The notes under the pieces are model-generated. The model saw nothing but the letters and a program-made list of their open reading frames with translations, did no database searches and was not told the DNA's origin. Positions 1-10,284 of a DNA stretch of 64,000 nucleotides are shown here, one piece after another (the first letter of the stretch is position 1; each line of letters starts with the position of its first letter). Made by a program: the position numbers and the translations under genes. Source of the stretch: Chthoniobacterales bacterium (GTDB taxonomy: Bacteria; Verrucomicrobiota; Verrucomicrobiia; Chthoniobacterales; Chthoniobacteraceae); NCBI GenBank assembly GCA_038207335.1, contig JBBQZX010000019.1, forward strand, positions 48,681 to 112,680. The letters are read 5' to 3'.

Positions 1-1
1 G

Positions 2-3000
2 GGCACGGCCGTCGTGGAGATCAATTACACCGGCGCGAATTCGCAGCGCTGGAGCCTCATCGACGTGGGCAGCGGCTTTTACCAAGTGGTGAATGTCGCC
101 GCGAATCTCGCACTCCAAACCGATGCGGCGGCGACGGCGAACGTCACGCTGCAGGTGAAATCGACGAGCAACTTACAGCGCTGGAAATTCAACTACATCA
201 CACATTACCCGAAAAAAGGCGGCGCGGGATGGGACGGAAAATGGGATCAGTTCAACGTCTCGTGGTGTTACAACTGGAGCGACGCGACGGGCGCGTATCT
301 GCCGGACGCGCGGGTTTTCGAGCCGATGAAATATTCGCGATACTGGCCAGGAACCGGGAATCTCGGGGGCGGCTACGCGGCAATGCACTCGACGCCGAAG
401 CCTGTATTCATCATGGGTTTCAACGAGCCGGACCAGACGAGCCAGGGCGACACGCCGGTTGCGGATGCGATTTCGTTGTGGCCGGAACTGCAAAATCAAA
501 ACGTCCCGCTTGTGAGCCCGGCGGCGACGAACGCCTACAACGGCTGGCTCGGCGACTTTTACACGCAGGTCGGAAACAAGGGCTACCGCGTCGATTTCAC
601 CGCCGTGCATTGGTATGCGAATCCCAGCGCGGACACGCTCATCAATCACCTCCAGAGCGTCTATAATTCATGGGGTCGTCCCATCTGGCTGACGGAATTT
701 GGCGCGGTCGATTGGGCGGGGAACCAGACGTGGACGGAGGAGGACGACTGGAGGTTTCTCGCGGAATTCATGTGGCGCGCGGAGAACCTCATCTGGCTGA
801 AACGCTACTCGATGTTCGTCTTCACCGGCGACCCGCCTGCGAATCCGTGGAGCCGCGTCGGCTCGCGCTCCAACATGATGAAGTCCGACAACAACACGCT
901 CACTTCGATCGGCGAACTTTACGCCGGCTGGGATGGCGATCAGACGATCCGCCCGCGCACCGCGTATCTGCTGCAGGGGCAAAATTCCATGCACCGCCTG
1001 AGCAGCAGCGCGGCGAACAGCGGGTTCCCCGCGGCTGCGCAATATCCCTCGCCTGTCTCGATCCGCTTCGGCGGCGCGCAGGCGCAGTGGGCATTCGTGC
1101 AGTCGCCGACGAGCGGGCAATTTTACATCGTCTCGCTGCTCGATGGACGCCGCCTGCGCACCGATGGAAATGGCGTCGATCTCGCGCCAATCGGCACCAC
1201 GGGCATCGGCGTGCAGTGGAATCTCTCGAGCCCTGATGCCTACGGATATTGCTACATCGACAACGCGAATTTCACCGGAGGAAAAGCGCTCTACAACCAG
1301 CGCTGGAACAACGGCGACGGCTCGCCGAACTCCATCTACTACGGCGTGCAGGCGTCGGGAAATGCGTCCGACATCACGCGCTTCCGCTTCGTGAAACCCG
1401 GGGTGGCCGTCGCCGTCCCCGACGCTCCCGTGGCGCCCACGGCCGTGGCCGCGGCACCCGGCGATCGCAGCGTGGCACTGAGTTGGAGCGGTGAAGGTTT
1501 CATCTTCACGGTGTCCCGGAGCACCTCGGCGGGCGGGCCATACACGGTGGTCGCAAGTGGAATCCAGACGCGCACTTTTACCGACAACACGGCACTCAAC
1601 GGCACGCCTTATTATTACGTCGTCTCGGCCACGAACATCGTCGGCGAGACCTCCGTGAATTCCGCGCAAGTCGCCGCGACGCCGCTTGCTTCCTTGAACG
1701 GCGCGGCGCTCATGGCGAATTACAAATTCGAATCCGGCGACGCGTCGGATCGTAGCGCGCGCGGACAGCACGGCGCTGTGAGCGGCGGCGTCACCTTCAC
1801 GGCGCCGGGGAAGGTGGACAGCGCGGCGGCGACCTTCGACGGCATCGACGGCTCGATCCAAATCCCGGTCGTCGTGGCGAATGATTTCACGATCGCATTT
1901 TGGATGAAGACAACGGCGACGGGTGGCGCGGGGACGCAGTGGTATAGCGGTAACGGCCTCGTGGATGGCGAGGTCGGCGGCGCGGGCGCGGATTTCGGCA
2001 CGTCGCTGCTCGGGTCGAAAGTCGCATTTGGCGTGGGCAATCCCGATACCACGATCCAGTCCCCGACCGCAGTGAATGACGGCGCGTGGCATCACGTCGC
2101 GGTGACGCGGAATGGCACGAGCGGCGCGATGCAACTTTTCCTCGACGGCGTGCCGCAGGCTTCCGCGACAGGGCCGACGGGGACGCGCACCTTGCCGACA
2201 TCGCTGCGGATCGGCAGCATCCAGACGGGCGTGCGCTTTTTCAGCGGCTCGCTCGATGAAATCCGGCTCTACAATTACGCGCTCACGAGCGCCGAAATCG
2301 CGCGCCTTTTCCGCCCTCGCAACGCGCCGGTCGCTGTCTATTCGTTTGAGAATAACGCGCTCGATTCGAGTGGTTTTGGGAATCACGGCGCGGTCGCGGG
2401 CGGCATTTCGTACGGCGCAGGGAATGTCGGGCAAGTGGGGCAATTCAACGGCGCGGGAAACTCGGTGGTGATTCCGTCGCCGCTCGTGAATGACTTCAGC
2501 ATCGCGTATTGGATCAAGACCACGGCGACCGCGGGCACGGGGCAGTGGTGGAGCGGCGCGGGCATCGTCGATGGCGAAGTCAGCGGCGCGGTGAATGACT
2601 TCGGCACGGCGTTGATAGGGAGCAAGGCGGCGTTTGGAGTCGGCAACGCAGACACGACGATCACTTCGACGAGTGCGATCAATGACGGCCAGTGGCATCA
2701 CGTTACCGCCACTCGGGCGAGTGGGTCCGGTGCCATGAAACTCTTTGTGGACGGGCTTCTCCAGGCGACGGGCACCGGCCCCACCGGATCCCGCACCGCG
2801 CCAAATGCGCTCCGTATCGCCGGGATGCAGCCCGGCTACGGATACCTCGCTGGCGCGCTCGATGAGGTCCGGCTCTACACGTATCCGCTCAGCGCCGGGC
2901 AGGTCTTCGCGATGGCAAATCCAGCGCCCGCACCGTGGCTCTCGACCGATATCGGCGCGCCGGCGGCCGACGGATTCGCGGGCAGAAATGTTGCGGGAAC

Positions 3001-4198
3001 ATGGTCCGTCGGCGGGAGCGGTGCGGATATCTGGACGACGGCAGATCAGTTTCAATTCGTGAACCAGCCCGCAAATGGCGACGGCAGTATCGTCGCGCGC
3101 GTCACCTCGCTGCCGACAAATCCCGACAGCGGCACCACTGCGAATTCCAAAGCTGGCGTGATGTTCCGCGCCACGACCGCGGCCAATTCACAGTTCGTCG
3201 ATCTCGTTTTCGATACCTCGCAGGGGCTCCAGTTCACGAACCGCGCGACTGCGGGCGCGGCAGCCGCGCAGCCCGTCGCCAATGTCAACGTGAGCACCGC
3301 GCCGTTCTGGCTGCGCCTCACCCGCGGCGGAAATATTTTCCAAGCCGCCTACACGACCGTCGCCGCGCCAGCCGCGAGCGATTGGATTTTGATCGGCAAC
3401 GTTTCCGTCGGGCTGCCGACGAACGCGCTCGCCGGGCTCGCGGTTACCTCCCACGCCGACGGCATCGTCGCCGACACGAGCTTCACCGGTGCCGCGCTCA
3501 ATGCGAACCAAGCGCCGACCATCTCTGCCGTCGCGAATCAGACGATCTCCGAAAACGCGGCGACCAGCGTGCTTCCTTTCACTATCGCCGATTTCGAAAC
3601 ACCAGCCGCGAACCTTATCGTCACCGCGACTTCTTCGAACACGACGCTCGTGCCGACCGCGAACATCACGCTCGGCGGCTCGGGCGCGAGTCGGACCGTC
3701 CGCGTCACGCCCGCGTCGAATCAATCCGGCACCGCGACGATCACGCTCAATGTGAGCGACGGAACGCTCGTGACCACGAGCGCGTTCGTCGTGACGGTGC
3801 AGACCACGCCGGTTGGGAGTTGGCGGCAGCAGTGGTTTGGCAGCACCGCCGAGACCGCGAATTCCGCAGACGCTGCCGATCCCGATCGCGACGGAATCAG
3901 CAATCTCTGGGAGCGCGCTTTCAATCTCGATCCCACTGCCGTCGATTCCGCTGCCACCGCTTGGCCGGTCGTCGGCGAGAACGGCGCGAACCTCACGCTG
4001 ATCTACCGCCGCAACACGGCCGCGACCGACATCACATATCAAGTACTCTGGAGCGACGACCTCGCCACATGGTCCGCGACTGGCGTGACAGACAGCCTCT
4101 TCTCAAGCAGCGGGAACACGCAAACCCGCATGGGTCAGATCCCGATGAGCCTCGGCGCGCGCATTTACCTCCGCTTGAAAATCACTACGCAGCCGTAG
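2..4198 (+). CDS. Large secreted modular glycoside hydrolase (GH128/Glyco_hydro_cc-like catalytic domain, ricin-B lectin, FN3, two LamG domains, cadherin/Ig-like and C-terminal surface domain); 5'-truncated by the window
   Basis: Frame is open from base 2. Motifs GFNEPD, AVHWY and PIWLTEF; QRW ricin repeats; two 'NDGxWHHV...LDE(I/V)RLY' LamG units; DPDRDGISNLWE near the C-terminus. Confidence 0.8.
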   Translation, partial: GTAVVEINYTGANSQRWSLIDVGSGFYQVVNVAANLALQTDAAATANVTLQVKSTSNLQRWKFNYITHYPKKGGAGWDGKWDQFNVSWCYNWSDATGAYLPDARVFEPMKYSRYWPGTGNLGGGYAAMHSTPKPVFIMGFNEPDQTSQGDTPVADAISLWPELQNQNVPLVSPAATNAYNGWLGDFYTQVGNKGYRVDFTAVHWYANPSADTLINHLQSVYNSWGRPIWLTEFGAVDWAGNQTWTEEDDWRFLAEFMWRAENLIWLKRYSMFVFTGDPPANPWSRVGSRSNMMKSDNNTLTSIGELYAGWDGDQTIRPRTAYLLQGQNSMHRLSSSAANSGFPAAAQYPSPVSIRFGGAQAQWAFVQSPTSGQFYIVSLLDGRRLRTDGNGVDLAPIGTTGIGVQWNLSSPDAYGYCYIDNANFTGGKALYNQRWNNGDGSPNSIYYGVQASGNASDITRFRFVKPGVAVAVPDAPVAPTAVAAAPGDRSVALSWSGEGFIFTVSRSTSAGGPYTVVASGIQTRTFTDNTALNGTPYYYVVSATNIVGETSVNSAQVAATPLASLNGAALMANYKFESGDASDRSARGQHGAVSGGVTFTAPGKVDSAAATFDGIDGSIQIPVVVANDFTIAFWMKTTATGGAGTQWYSGNGLVDGEVGGAGADFGTSLLGSKVAFGVGNPDTTIQSPTAVNDGAWHHVAVTRNGTSGAMQLFLDGVPQASATGPTGTRTLPTSLRIGSIQTGVRFFSGSLDEIRLYNYALTSAEIARLFRPRNAPVAVYSFENNALDSSGFGNHGAVAGGISYGAGNVGQVGQFNGAGNSVVIPSPLVNDFSIAYWIKTTATAGTGQWWSGAGIVDGEVSGAVNDFGTALIGSKAAFGVGNADTTITSTSAINDGQWHHVTATRASGSGAMKLFVDGLLQATGTGPTGSRTAPNALRIAGMQPGYGYLAGALDEVRLYTYPLSAGQVFAMANPAPAPWLSTDIGAPAADGFAGRNVAGTWSVGGSGADIWTTADQFQFVNQPANGDGSIVARVTSLPTNPDSGTTANSKAGVMFRATTAANSQFVDLVFDTSQGLQFTNRATAGAAAAQPVANVNVSTAPFWLRLTRGGNIFQAAYTTVAAPAASDWILIGNVSVGLPTNALAGLAVTSHADGIVADTSFTGAALNANQAPTISAVANQTISENAATSVLPFTIADFETPAANLIVTATSSNTTLVPTANITLGGSGASRTVRVTPASNQSGTATITLNVSDGTLVTTSAFVVTVQTTPVGSWRQQWFGSTAETANSADAADPDRDGISNLWERAFNLDPTAVDSAATAWPVVGENGANLTLIYRRNTAATDITYQVLWSDDLATWSATGVTDSLFSSSGNTQTRMGQIPMSLGARIYLRLKITTQP

Positions 4199-4250
4199 CT
4201 CCCCCTGCGACTTTAACGTGTTTGTGGAATGCGGAGGTTTCGACTTCCGC

Positions 4251-4949
4251 TCAGCTCTTCAAACTCTCCGGCTTTTCGCCGGCACCGCCCACGGATTCGG
4301 CGATTTCGCTGGCGACTTTGATCTGGCGGCGGCTGGTCACGACTTCATCGACGAGGCCGTATTCCTTGGCCTCCAGCGCGGTCATGTAGTAATCGCGGTC
4401 GGAGTCGCGGCCCACGATTTCCGCTTCTTTGCCGGTGTGCTCGGCGAGGATTCGGATGAGCCGTTTCTTGAGTTTGTACATGTACTCCACCGTGCGCTCG
4501 ACGTCACTCGCAGTGCCCTGCGCGCCGCCGCTGACCTGATGGATCATGATGTCAGAATTCGGCAGCGCGTACCGTTTGCCGCGCGTCCCGGCGGCGAGCA
4601 AAACCGCGCCCATTGAGGCGGCCATGCCGATGCAGTAAGTGTTCACGTCGCAGGTGAGGAATTGCATCGTGTCGTAAATCGCGAGGCCCGAGGTGACGGA
4701 GCCTCCGGGGCTGTTGATGTAAATGCTGATGTCCTTTTTGCCGTCGTCCATCTGGAGGAAGAGGAGCTGCGCGATGACGGAATTCGCCACGCCGTCGTCG
4801 ATCGCGGTGCCGAGAAAAATGATGCGATCCTTCAGCAGCCGCGAGTAGATGTCGTAGCTGCGCTCGCCGCGGCCCGTCTGCTCGACGACGACCGGGACGT
4901 AATAGTTGTTTTGCGGAGTCTGGATGCGGCGGTCGGGCTGGATGATCAT
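4251..4949 (-). CDS. clpP: ATP-dependent Clp protease proteolytic subunit
   Basis: [30 protein letters not shown] (catalytic Ser), MIHQ. Confidence 0.97.
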   Translation of the reverse strand: MIIQPDRRIQTPQNNYYVPVVVEQTGRGERSYDIYSRLLKDRIIFLGTAIDDGVANSVIAQLLFLQMDDGKKDISIYINSPGGSVTSGLAIYDTMQFLTCDVNTYCIGMAASMGAVLLAAGTRGKRYALPNSDIMIHQVSGGAQGTASDVERTVEYMYKLKKRLIRILAEHTGKEAEIVGRDSDRDYYMTALEAKEYGLVDEVVTSRRQIKVASEIAESVGGAGEKPESLKS

Positions 4950-4984
4950 GTGAAAAGGTGGGTTTCGGTGTGAGACGGAGAATT

Positions 4985-5063
4985 TAACCGCGGATGGCGC
5001 GGATGAAAACGGATGAAGCCAAATTCTTTTTCTTTATCCGCAATCCCCGCGAAATCCGCGATT
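4985..5063. repeat. Short imperfect inverted-repeat intergenic element (cggat x3 ... atccg arms)
   Basis: aaccgcggatggcgcggatgaaaacggat ... atccgcaatccccgcgaaatccgcgatt, between tig and clpP. Confidence 0.5.
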
Positions 5064-5070
5064 CAGAGTA

Positions 5071-6384
5071 TCATGCTGCAGTCGCAGAAATGTTCGCGTT
5101 CGAGACCAGAAAATCGAGCGTCTTGGCGGTCAGGATCTCCTCGCTGATCTGGTCGAGCCCGTTGCGCTTATCGAGCTCCTTCACCATTTTCTCGAAAGGC
5201 ATCTTGTAGTGCTCGGCGAGCGATGCGACGCGGCCGAAAATCTCCTCGCGCTTCACCGAGATGCCTTCTTGTTCCGCGATCCGCAGGAGGATGAACGTGC
5301 CTTTCAATTTCTCCCGTGCATTCTGTGAAGCCATGCCGACGAGTTCGCGCTCGCTGCCCTTGATTACTTCTTCAGTCACGCCCCGCGCCTGATTTTCACG
5401 CACGATGTCGTTGAGGATTCTCTGCGTTTCATTCCGCACGAGGTTCGCCGGCAGTTCGCATTCCACTTTGCCGAGCAGCGCCTTCATGATCTGTGTGCGC
5501 TTGTTACCCTCGACCTCGCCGGCTTTCTGCTTAGCGATTTCGTCCTTCGCGAGTTCGCGCAGTTCCGCCAGCGTTTTGCCTTTCACTACGGTATCGGCAA
5601 AGGCGTCGTTCAGCTCTGGCATCTGCTTCTGCTTCACGCCTTTGAGCGTCACTTTGTAATGGATCGTCGTTCCCGGCATTCCCTCGACGGGGAAATCCGC
5701 CGGCACCAGGATGTCAAACTCGCGCGCGTCGCCGACATTCGCGCCGACGATGTGCCCGCAGAAGCCGGGGAAGAACGCCTCGTCGGTCATCTTGATCCAG
5801 AAATCGTCGTTCTCGGAGAGCGGTTTGCCCGCCTTTGGAAAAACCTCGTGGACGGGCTTCCCGTCGATCGTGCCGGTGTAATCGACGACGATGAAATCGT
5901 CCATCTGAGCCGCGCGGCCATCAACATCCGTGAAGTCCGCGGCCTGGTCGCGGAGATTCTCGATCGACTCGTCGATCTCAGCGTCCGTCACGTCGGTCGA
6001 TTTCACATCGACAGCCACGCCTTTGTATTCGGGAAGTTCGAATTCGGGATGCGTCACGACCGTCGCGGTGAACGACATCGTTTTGTCGTCGCCGAGCTGC
6101 ACGTCCTCGACGTTTGAGATTTGCAGCACGCGCAGCTTTTTCTCCGCGATCGCCTCGCGCGCTGCCTCGCGCAGCACCTTGCCCTCGAGCTCTTCGCGGA
6201 TTTGCTTTTTGAATTTGCGCTCGACGACAGCGCGCGGCGCCTTTCCGGGGCGGTAGCCGGGGATGCGCGCCTGTTGCCCGAAGTCCTTCACGAGCTGATC
6301 CAGCACCTTGTTGACGCGCTCGGGTTCAACCTCGACGCGGAGGGTGGCAAGGCAGTTTGGAAGAGGTTCGACGACGACGTTCAT
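5071..6384 (-). CDS. tig: Trigger factor
   Basis: IPGYRPGKAP ribosome-binding signature, FKBP-like middle domain, upstream of clpP; start set at MNVVVEP. Confidence 0.96.
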   Translation of the reverse strand: MNVVVEPLPNCLATLRVEVEPERVNKVLDQLVKDFGQQARIPGYRPGKAPRAVVERKFKKQIREELEGKVLREAAREAIAEKKLRVLQISNVEDVQLGDDKTMSFTATVVTHPEFELPEYKGVAVDVKSTDVTDAEIDESIENLRDQAADFTDVDGRAAQMDDFIVVDYTGTIDGKPVHEVFPKAGKPLSENDDFWIKMTDEAFFPGFCGHIVGANVGDAREFDILVPADFPVEGMPGTTIHYKVTLKGVKQKQMPELNDAFADTVVKGKTLAELRELAKDEIAKQKAGEVEGNKRTQIMKALLGKVECELPANLVRNETQRILNDIVRENQARGVTEEVIKGSERELVGMASQNAREKLKGTFILLRIAEQEGISVKREEIFGRVASLAEHYKMPFEKMVKELDKRNGLDQISEEILTAKTLDFLVSNANISATAA

Positions 6385-6501
6385 GGTTCGGATTTTGGGA
6401 TAAAGGGGGCGGAAAGATAGCGGCTCGCTTTCAAATGCAAACATCGAAATGCCGCGCGATTTCCGGCGCGTTGCGGGGAGATATTCCCACCGACTGGCAG
6501 T

Positions 6502-7218
6502 TCAATTCGGGGAGAGTTCGCGCACTGCGTTTTCCGTCGCGTCGGCGACGGCGTTCCAGCCTTCGCGATCGTTTGTTGCGCTCTCGAAAGCGAGCGGTTG
6601 GCCGATGCGCAGTGTGATTTTTCCCGCCTGCGGCATGGAGCGATTGGGCGGGAGGGCGCGCCATGCGCCATCCAAATAACACGGCACGATCGGCACGGAA
6701 GTGCCTGCCACGATGCGGCCGAGGCCGGACTTGAAGCGTGTCATCTCGCCGGTCCGAGTCCGCGTGCCTTCGGGGAAAAGGATGTAGATGCAGGCATCGC
6801 CGACGAGCCGCGCGCGGAGGTCGTCAAGCGAATGCGCGCCACACTTTTTCCGCCAGATCGGCAGCGCATTCATGAAGGCGGTCGCGAAAAGGGAGGTCGC
6901 CTTTTTCGTGAAAAAAGTGTCCCCCGCTGCGATGGGGAAAACGCGGCCGACCTGCCGCACGGGCATCGCTGCCGCGAGAATGAGCGCGTCAAGATGACTG
7001 CCGTGATTTGCCACGAGCACGAACGGAGCACGGGAGGGAAGATTTTCACGCCCATGAATCTCCAGTCGATGCGCGGCGGTGAGATAAATCCGAGTGAGCC
7101 AGCGCCACGCGAGGCACGAGGCTGCGCCAACGAGACCGACCTCCCGCCGCAGGCTCTGCACTCTGTCGCCCGGCGAGAGCGAAAGGTCGCGCGCGGGCTG
7201 GAAATTCCACGGCTCCAT
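6502..7218 (-). CDS. Lysophospholipid acyltransferase (PlsC family)
   Basis: NHGSHLD and FPEGTR motifs. Confidence 0.9.
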   Translation of the reverse strand: MEPWNFQPARDLSLSPGDRVQSLRREVGLVGAASCLAWRWLTRIYLTAAHRLEIHGRENLPSRAPFVLVANHGSHLDALILAAAMPVRQVGRVFPIAAGDTFFTKKATSLFATAFMNALPIWRKKCGAHSLDDLRARLVGDACIYILFPEGTRTRTGEMTRFKSGLGRIVAGTSVPIVPCYLDGAWRALPPNRSMPQAGKITLRIGQPLAFESATNDREGWNAVADATENAVRELSPN

Positions 7219-8225
7219 CAGCTCCCTCCGCTGAAAATGCGCGCGGGCTGGTCGAGCCCGAAGCCGCGCAAATACTGGACGTAATGGAACACCGCGGGTG
7301 CCGCGAGGATGAGGCTGTCGAAGCGGTCGAGTAGTCCGCCGTGGCCGGGGATGAGGACGCCCATGTCTTTGATGCCGATGTCGCGCTTGATGGACGACAG
7401 CATGAGGTCGCCGAACTGCCCCGCGATGCTGACGATGAGCCCGAGCCCGAGCAGCGCGACCGGCCCGTCGAGAGGAGTGCCTTTGAAGACAAAATGTCCG
7501 AGCGACGCGACGAGTGCGGTGGTGAGCACCAGGGCGCCGAGCGCGCCGCCGATCGTTTTGTTCGGGCTCGTATTCGGCGTGAGTTTGCGATGCCCGAGCG
7601 TCTTGCCGGCGATGTAGGCGAAGATGTCGTTCAGCTCCACGGTGACAATGAGGAGCAGGACGATCGGGCGGTAGTCTGCGTCATTTGCCATGTATCCGAG
7701 GTGGCCGATGCAGACGCCGAACAGCAGGAAGCCGATCGCGCCGAGGCCCACGCGCTGGATGTAGCCGTGCGGCTCGTCGCGTAAAATCGCGGTGATGGCG
7801 ATGAGCACCATGGCGAGCGGCGGCACGGCCACAAAGAGGTCATACCAGTGATCGGCAATCGCGAAGGTCAGCACGGCGATGCTCGCGACGACGACCGCGC
7901 TGAGCCCGCGCTCGCGGAAGAAACCGGTGGCGCGCGCAAATTCGCGGTAGCACAGCACGCTGAGCAGCGCGACGGCGGCGATTGTCCACGCCGCGCCGAG
8001 CAGCACGGGGCCGATCAGCAGGGGAGTCATGATCGCCCACGAGCGGACGCGCTTCACGAGTTCGTCGTGCAGCTTTGCATCCGTGCGCCCGGCGGCGTGC
8101 AGGAGCCAGATCGCGGCGAATGCGATGACCAAAACCGCGACGACGGCGATGGTGATTCCGAGCGTCACCGGTGAGTCGAATGCGTGCCGAAAACCGAACA
8201 GGCGCTGCGTGGAAATGGCGTCCAT
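7218..8225 (-). CDS. Phosphatidate cytidylyltransferase (CdsA/YnbB-like)
   Basis: SPNKT, GDLMLSSIKRDIGIKDMGVLIPGHGGLLDRFDS signature; multiple TM segments. Confidence 0.92.
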   Translation of the reverse strand: MDAISTQRLFGFRHAFDSPVTLGITIAVVAVLVIAFAAIWLLHAAGRTDAKLHDELVKRVRSWAIMTPLLIGPVLLGAAWTIAAVALLSVLCYREFARATGFFRERGLSAVVVASIAVLTFAIADHWYDLFVAVPPLAMVLIAITAILRDEPHGYIQRVGLGAIGFLLFGVCIGHLGYMANDADYRPIVLLLIVTVELNDIFAYIAGKTLGHRKLTPNTSPNKTIGGALGALVLTTALVASLGHFVFKGTPLDGPVALLGLGLIVSIAGQFGDLMLSSIKRDIGIKDMGVLIPGHGGLLDRFDSLILAAPAVFHYVQYLRGFGLDQPARIFSGGS

Positions 8226-8229
8226 ACTT

Positions 8230-8886
8230 TTAACGCGCGCGCAAAAACGCGGCGATGCGCGAAAGGCGGCGAAGCGCGGTGACGATGCAGCCGAGGATGA
8301 GGAGCGCGAGTGTGTAGAGGGGGAGATGAAACGACGCGATCGGCGCGAAATAAGGGAGAATCGCCATCACGACGGTGAGTCCGGTGAGCAGTGCCATGCG
8401 GTGTTGCTTGGCCATCGGCCCGATGAAAATCTGACCTGCGCCGACGCTCGCACCCAGCGCGCGGCAGTAGGCCACGAAGACCGCCACGATTGCCGCGCCG
8501 AAGCCGTGCAGGGGATCGCTGCCAGCCGCAAACCCTGCTCCAATCAGGATCGCCGCGTCGGCGACGCGATCCGGTGCCTCATTCCACAGGTCGCCCACCG
8601 GTCCGCCGCGCCCGCCTTCCACCGCGACCATTCCGTCGAGCAGATTTGCGATGAGTCGGAGCTGCATGAACACCGCGGCGGACAGCCAGCACGCAGATTG
8701 CGCGCCGCCGAGCGTGTGCGACGTCGCGGCGAAAGACGCGCCGGCGAGCGCGCCGAAAATCATCGTGCAGAACGAGATCGCATTCGGAGCGGCGCCGATT
8801 TTCGCGAGCCAGGCGGAGAAGTCGCGGAAGATTTTCATGTCGCGGCTTTTCAGCGGGCGACGACCGCTCAGCGGAGTGGGAGTCAT
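8230..8886 (-). CDS. CDP-alcohol phosphatidyltransferase (YnbA-like)
   Basis: NLLDGMVA...GDLWNEAPDRVAD; start set at MTPTPLSGRRP. Confidence 0.88.
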   Translation of the reverse strand: MTPTPLSGRRPLKSRDMKIFRDFSAWLAKIGAAPNAISFCTMIFGALAGASFAATSHTLGGAQSACWLSAAVFMQLRLIANLLDGMVAVEGGRGGPVGDLWNEAPDRVADAAILIGAGFAAGSDPLHGFGAAIVAVFVAYCRALGASVGAGQIFIGPMAKQHRMALLTGLTVVMAILPYFAPIASFHLPLYTLALLILGCIVTALRRLSRIAAFLRAR

Positions 8887-9233
8887 GTGCGGCCCATGAA
8901 ATACATGCCGCCGATGAGCAGCGCCATGCCGGCGAGATTTGCAGGGCGAATCGTTACGCCGTCGGCCATCCGTGCGATGAGCGCGGCCCAGATGAAGGTC
9001 GTCGCGTAGATCGGATACAGGACAGTAAGCGAACCGCCTTTTTTGAAGGCGGCGACGAAGAGAACCATCACGGCGACGTAGCAAATCACGCCGCCGAGCA
9101 GGCGCGCATTCAGTAGATAACTCGCGATCGATCCGCCTGCGCGATCGGCTCCCGACTTGTAAAAAAACTGGCCGATCGCACCGAGAAAAGCGGCGATGGC
9201 GAACATCAGCATGGCGACCGGAGACGTGGACAT
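8883..9233 (-). CDS. Small EamA/SMR-type membrane transporter
   Basis: About 116 aa, four hydrophobic helices, GSLTVLYP motif; ATGA overlap with the next gene. Confidence 0.75.
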   Translation of the reverse strand: MSTSPVAMLMFAIAAFLGAIGQFFYKSGADRAGGSIASYLLNARLLGGVICYVAVMVLFVAAFKKGGSLTVLYPIYATTFIWAALIARMADGVTIRPANLAGMALLIGGMYFMGRT

Positions 9234-9348
9234 TTTGAATAAGAAGCGATGGCTTATGGCCAAAAGCCGTGGCGACCTCAACGCATTCGCGCGCTTCGGG
9301 AATCTGTGGACGAAAGATTTCCTGCCGATTTAATCAGCGGCTCGCGTC

Positions 9349-10278
9349 ATGCAGAAAATCCCTCTCGGTTCGACATCCCTTCACTGCAGCCGGCTTGCTT
9401 ACGGCTGCTGGCGCATCGCTCGGGTGGGGGCGGAAGCCGCGGATTTCGCCACCGCACGGCGGGCAGTGCTCGCGGCGGTCGATGCGGGTTACACGCTTTT
9501 CGATCACGCGGATATTTACTGCGACGGACACGCGGAGACGGCATTCGGCGCGGTTCTTCGCGAGACGCCGTCGCTTCGGGATCGCATCGTTATCGCGACG
9601 AAATGCGGCATTCGATTTTCCGATCAACCGTCCGGCGCGCCTTATCGATACGATCTTTCGCGCGATCACATCGTGCAGTCGTGCGAGCAATCGCTGCGAC
9701 GACTCGGGATCGAAACGATCGACCTGTATCAACTCCACCGCCCGGATTGGCTGATGGATGCGGCCGAAGTCGCGGGCGCGTTTTCCGAGCTGACGCAGGC
9801 TGGAAAAGTGCGCGAATTCGGGGTCAGCAATTTTCTCCCGGCTCAGGTCGCGCTGCTCCAGCAAGCCCTGCCAGCGCCGCTCGCGGTGAATCAAATCGAG
9901 ATCAGTTTGCTGCAACTTGGTGCGCTTTCCGACGGCGCGCTGGAGCAATGTCAGGCGGCAAAAATCACGCCGCTGGCGTGGAGCCCGCTCGGCGGCGGAT
10001 TGCTCGCCGATGGCGCAGTGGACATCCTCGACGCTCAGAAGGCTTACGAGCCCGCTGCCGTCGTTTCCGCGCTCGATGCGATGGCGCGCGCTCGCGGCAC
10101 GACGCGCACCGCGCTCGCGCTCGCGTGGCTGCTGCGGCATCCGGCAGGCATCGTGCCGATCATCGGCAGCACCGACCCGGCGCGAATCCGCACGGCGGTG
10201 GCGGCGACTGAAATCCAGATAAGCCGCGAGGAGTGGTATTCGCTTCTCACGGTCGCGCGCGGCGTGCCGCTTCCGTAG
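9349..10278 (+). CDS. Aldo/keto reductase (YdhF-like)
   Basis: FDHADIY, IATKCG, IDLYQLHRPD, GVSNF, AWSPLGGG. Confidence 0.93.
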   Translation: MQKIPLGSTSLHCSRLAYGCWRIARVGAEAADFATARRAVLAAVDAGYTLFDHADIYCDGHAETAFGAVLRETPSLRDRIVIATKCGIRFSDQPSGAPYRYDLSRDHIVQSCEQSLRRLGIETIDLYQLHRPDWLMDAAEVAGAFSELTQAGKVREFGVSNFLPAQVALLQQALPAPLAVNQIEISLLQLGALSDGALEQCQAAKITPLAWSPLGGGLLADGAVDILDAQKAYEPAAVVSALDAMARARGTTRTALALAWLLRHPAGIVPIIGSTDPARIRTAVAATEIQISREEWYSLLTVARGVPLP

Positions 10279-10284
10279 CTGCGC

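Noticed and set aside
668..3055. Long antisense and alternate-frame ORFs (e.g. 668-3055, 9334-11259, 27876-29468, 37220-39550, 40482-42089)
   Set aside because: These are shadow ORFs of well-supported genes in high-GC DNA, with no recognisable motifs.
6385..6501. tRNA upstream of tig
   Set aside because: No cloverleaf or T-loop consensus could be built.
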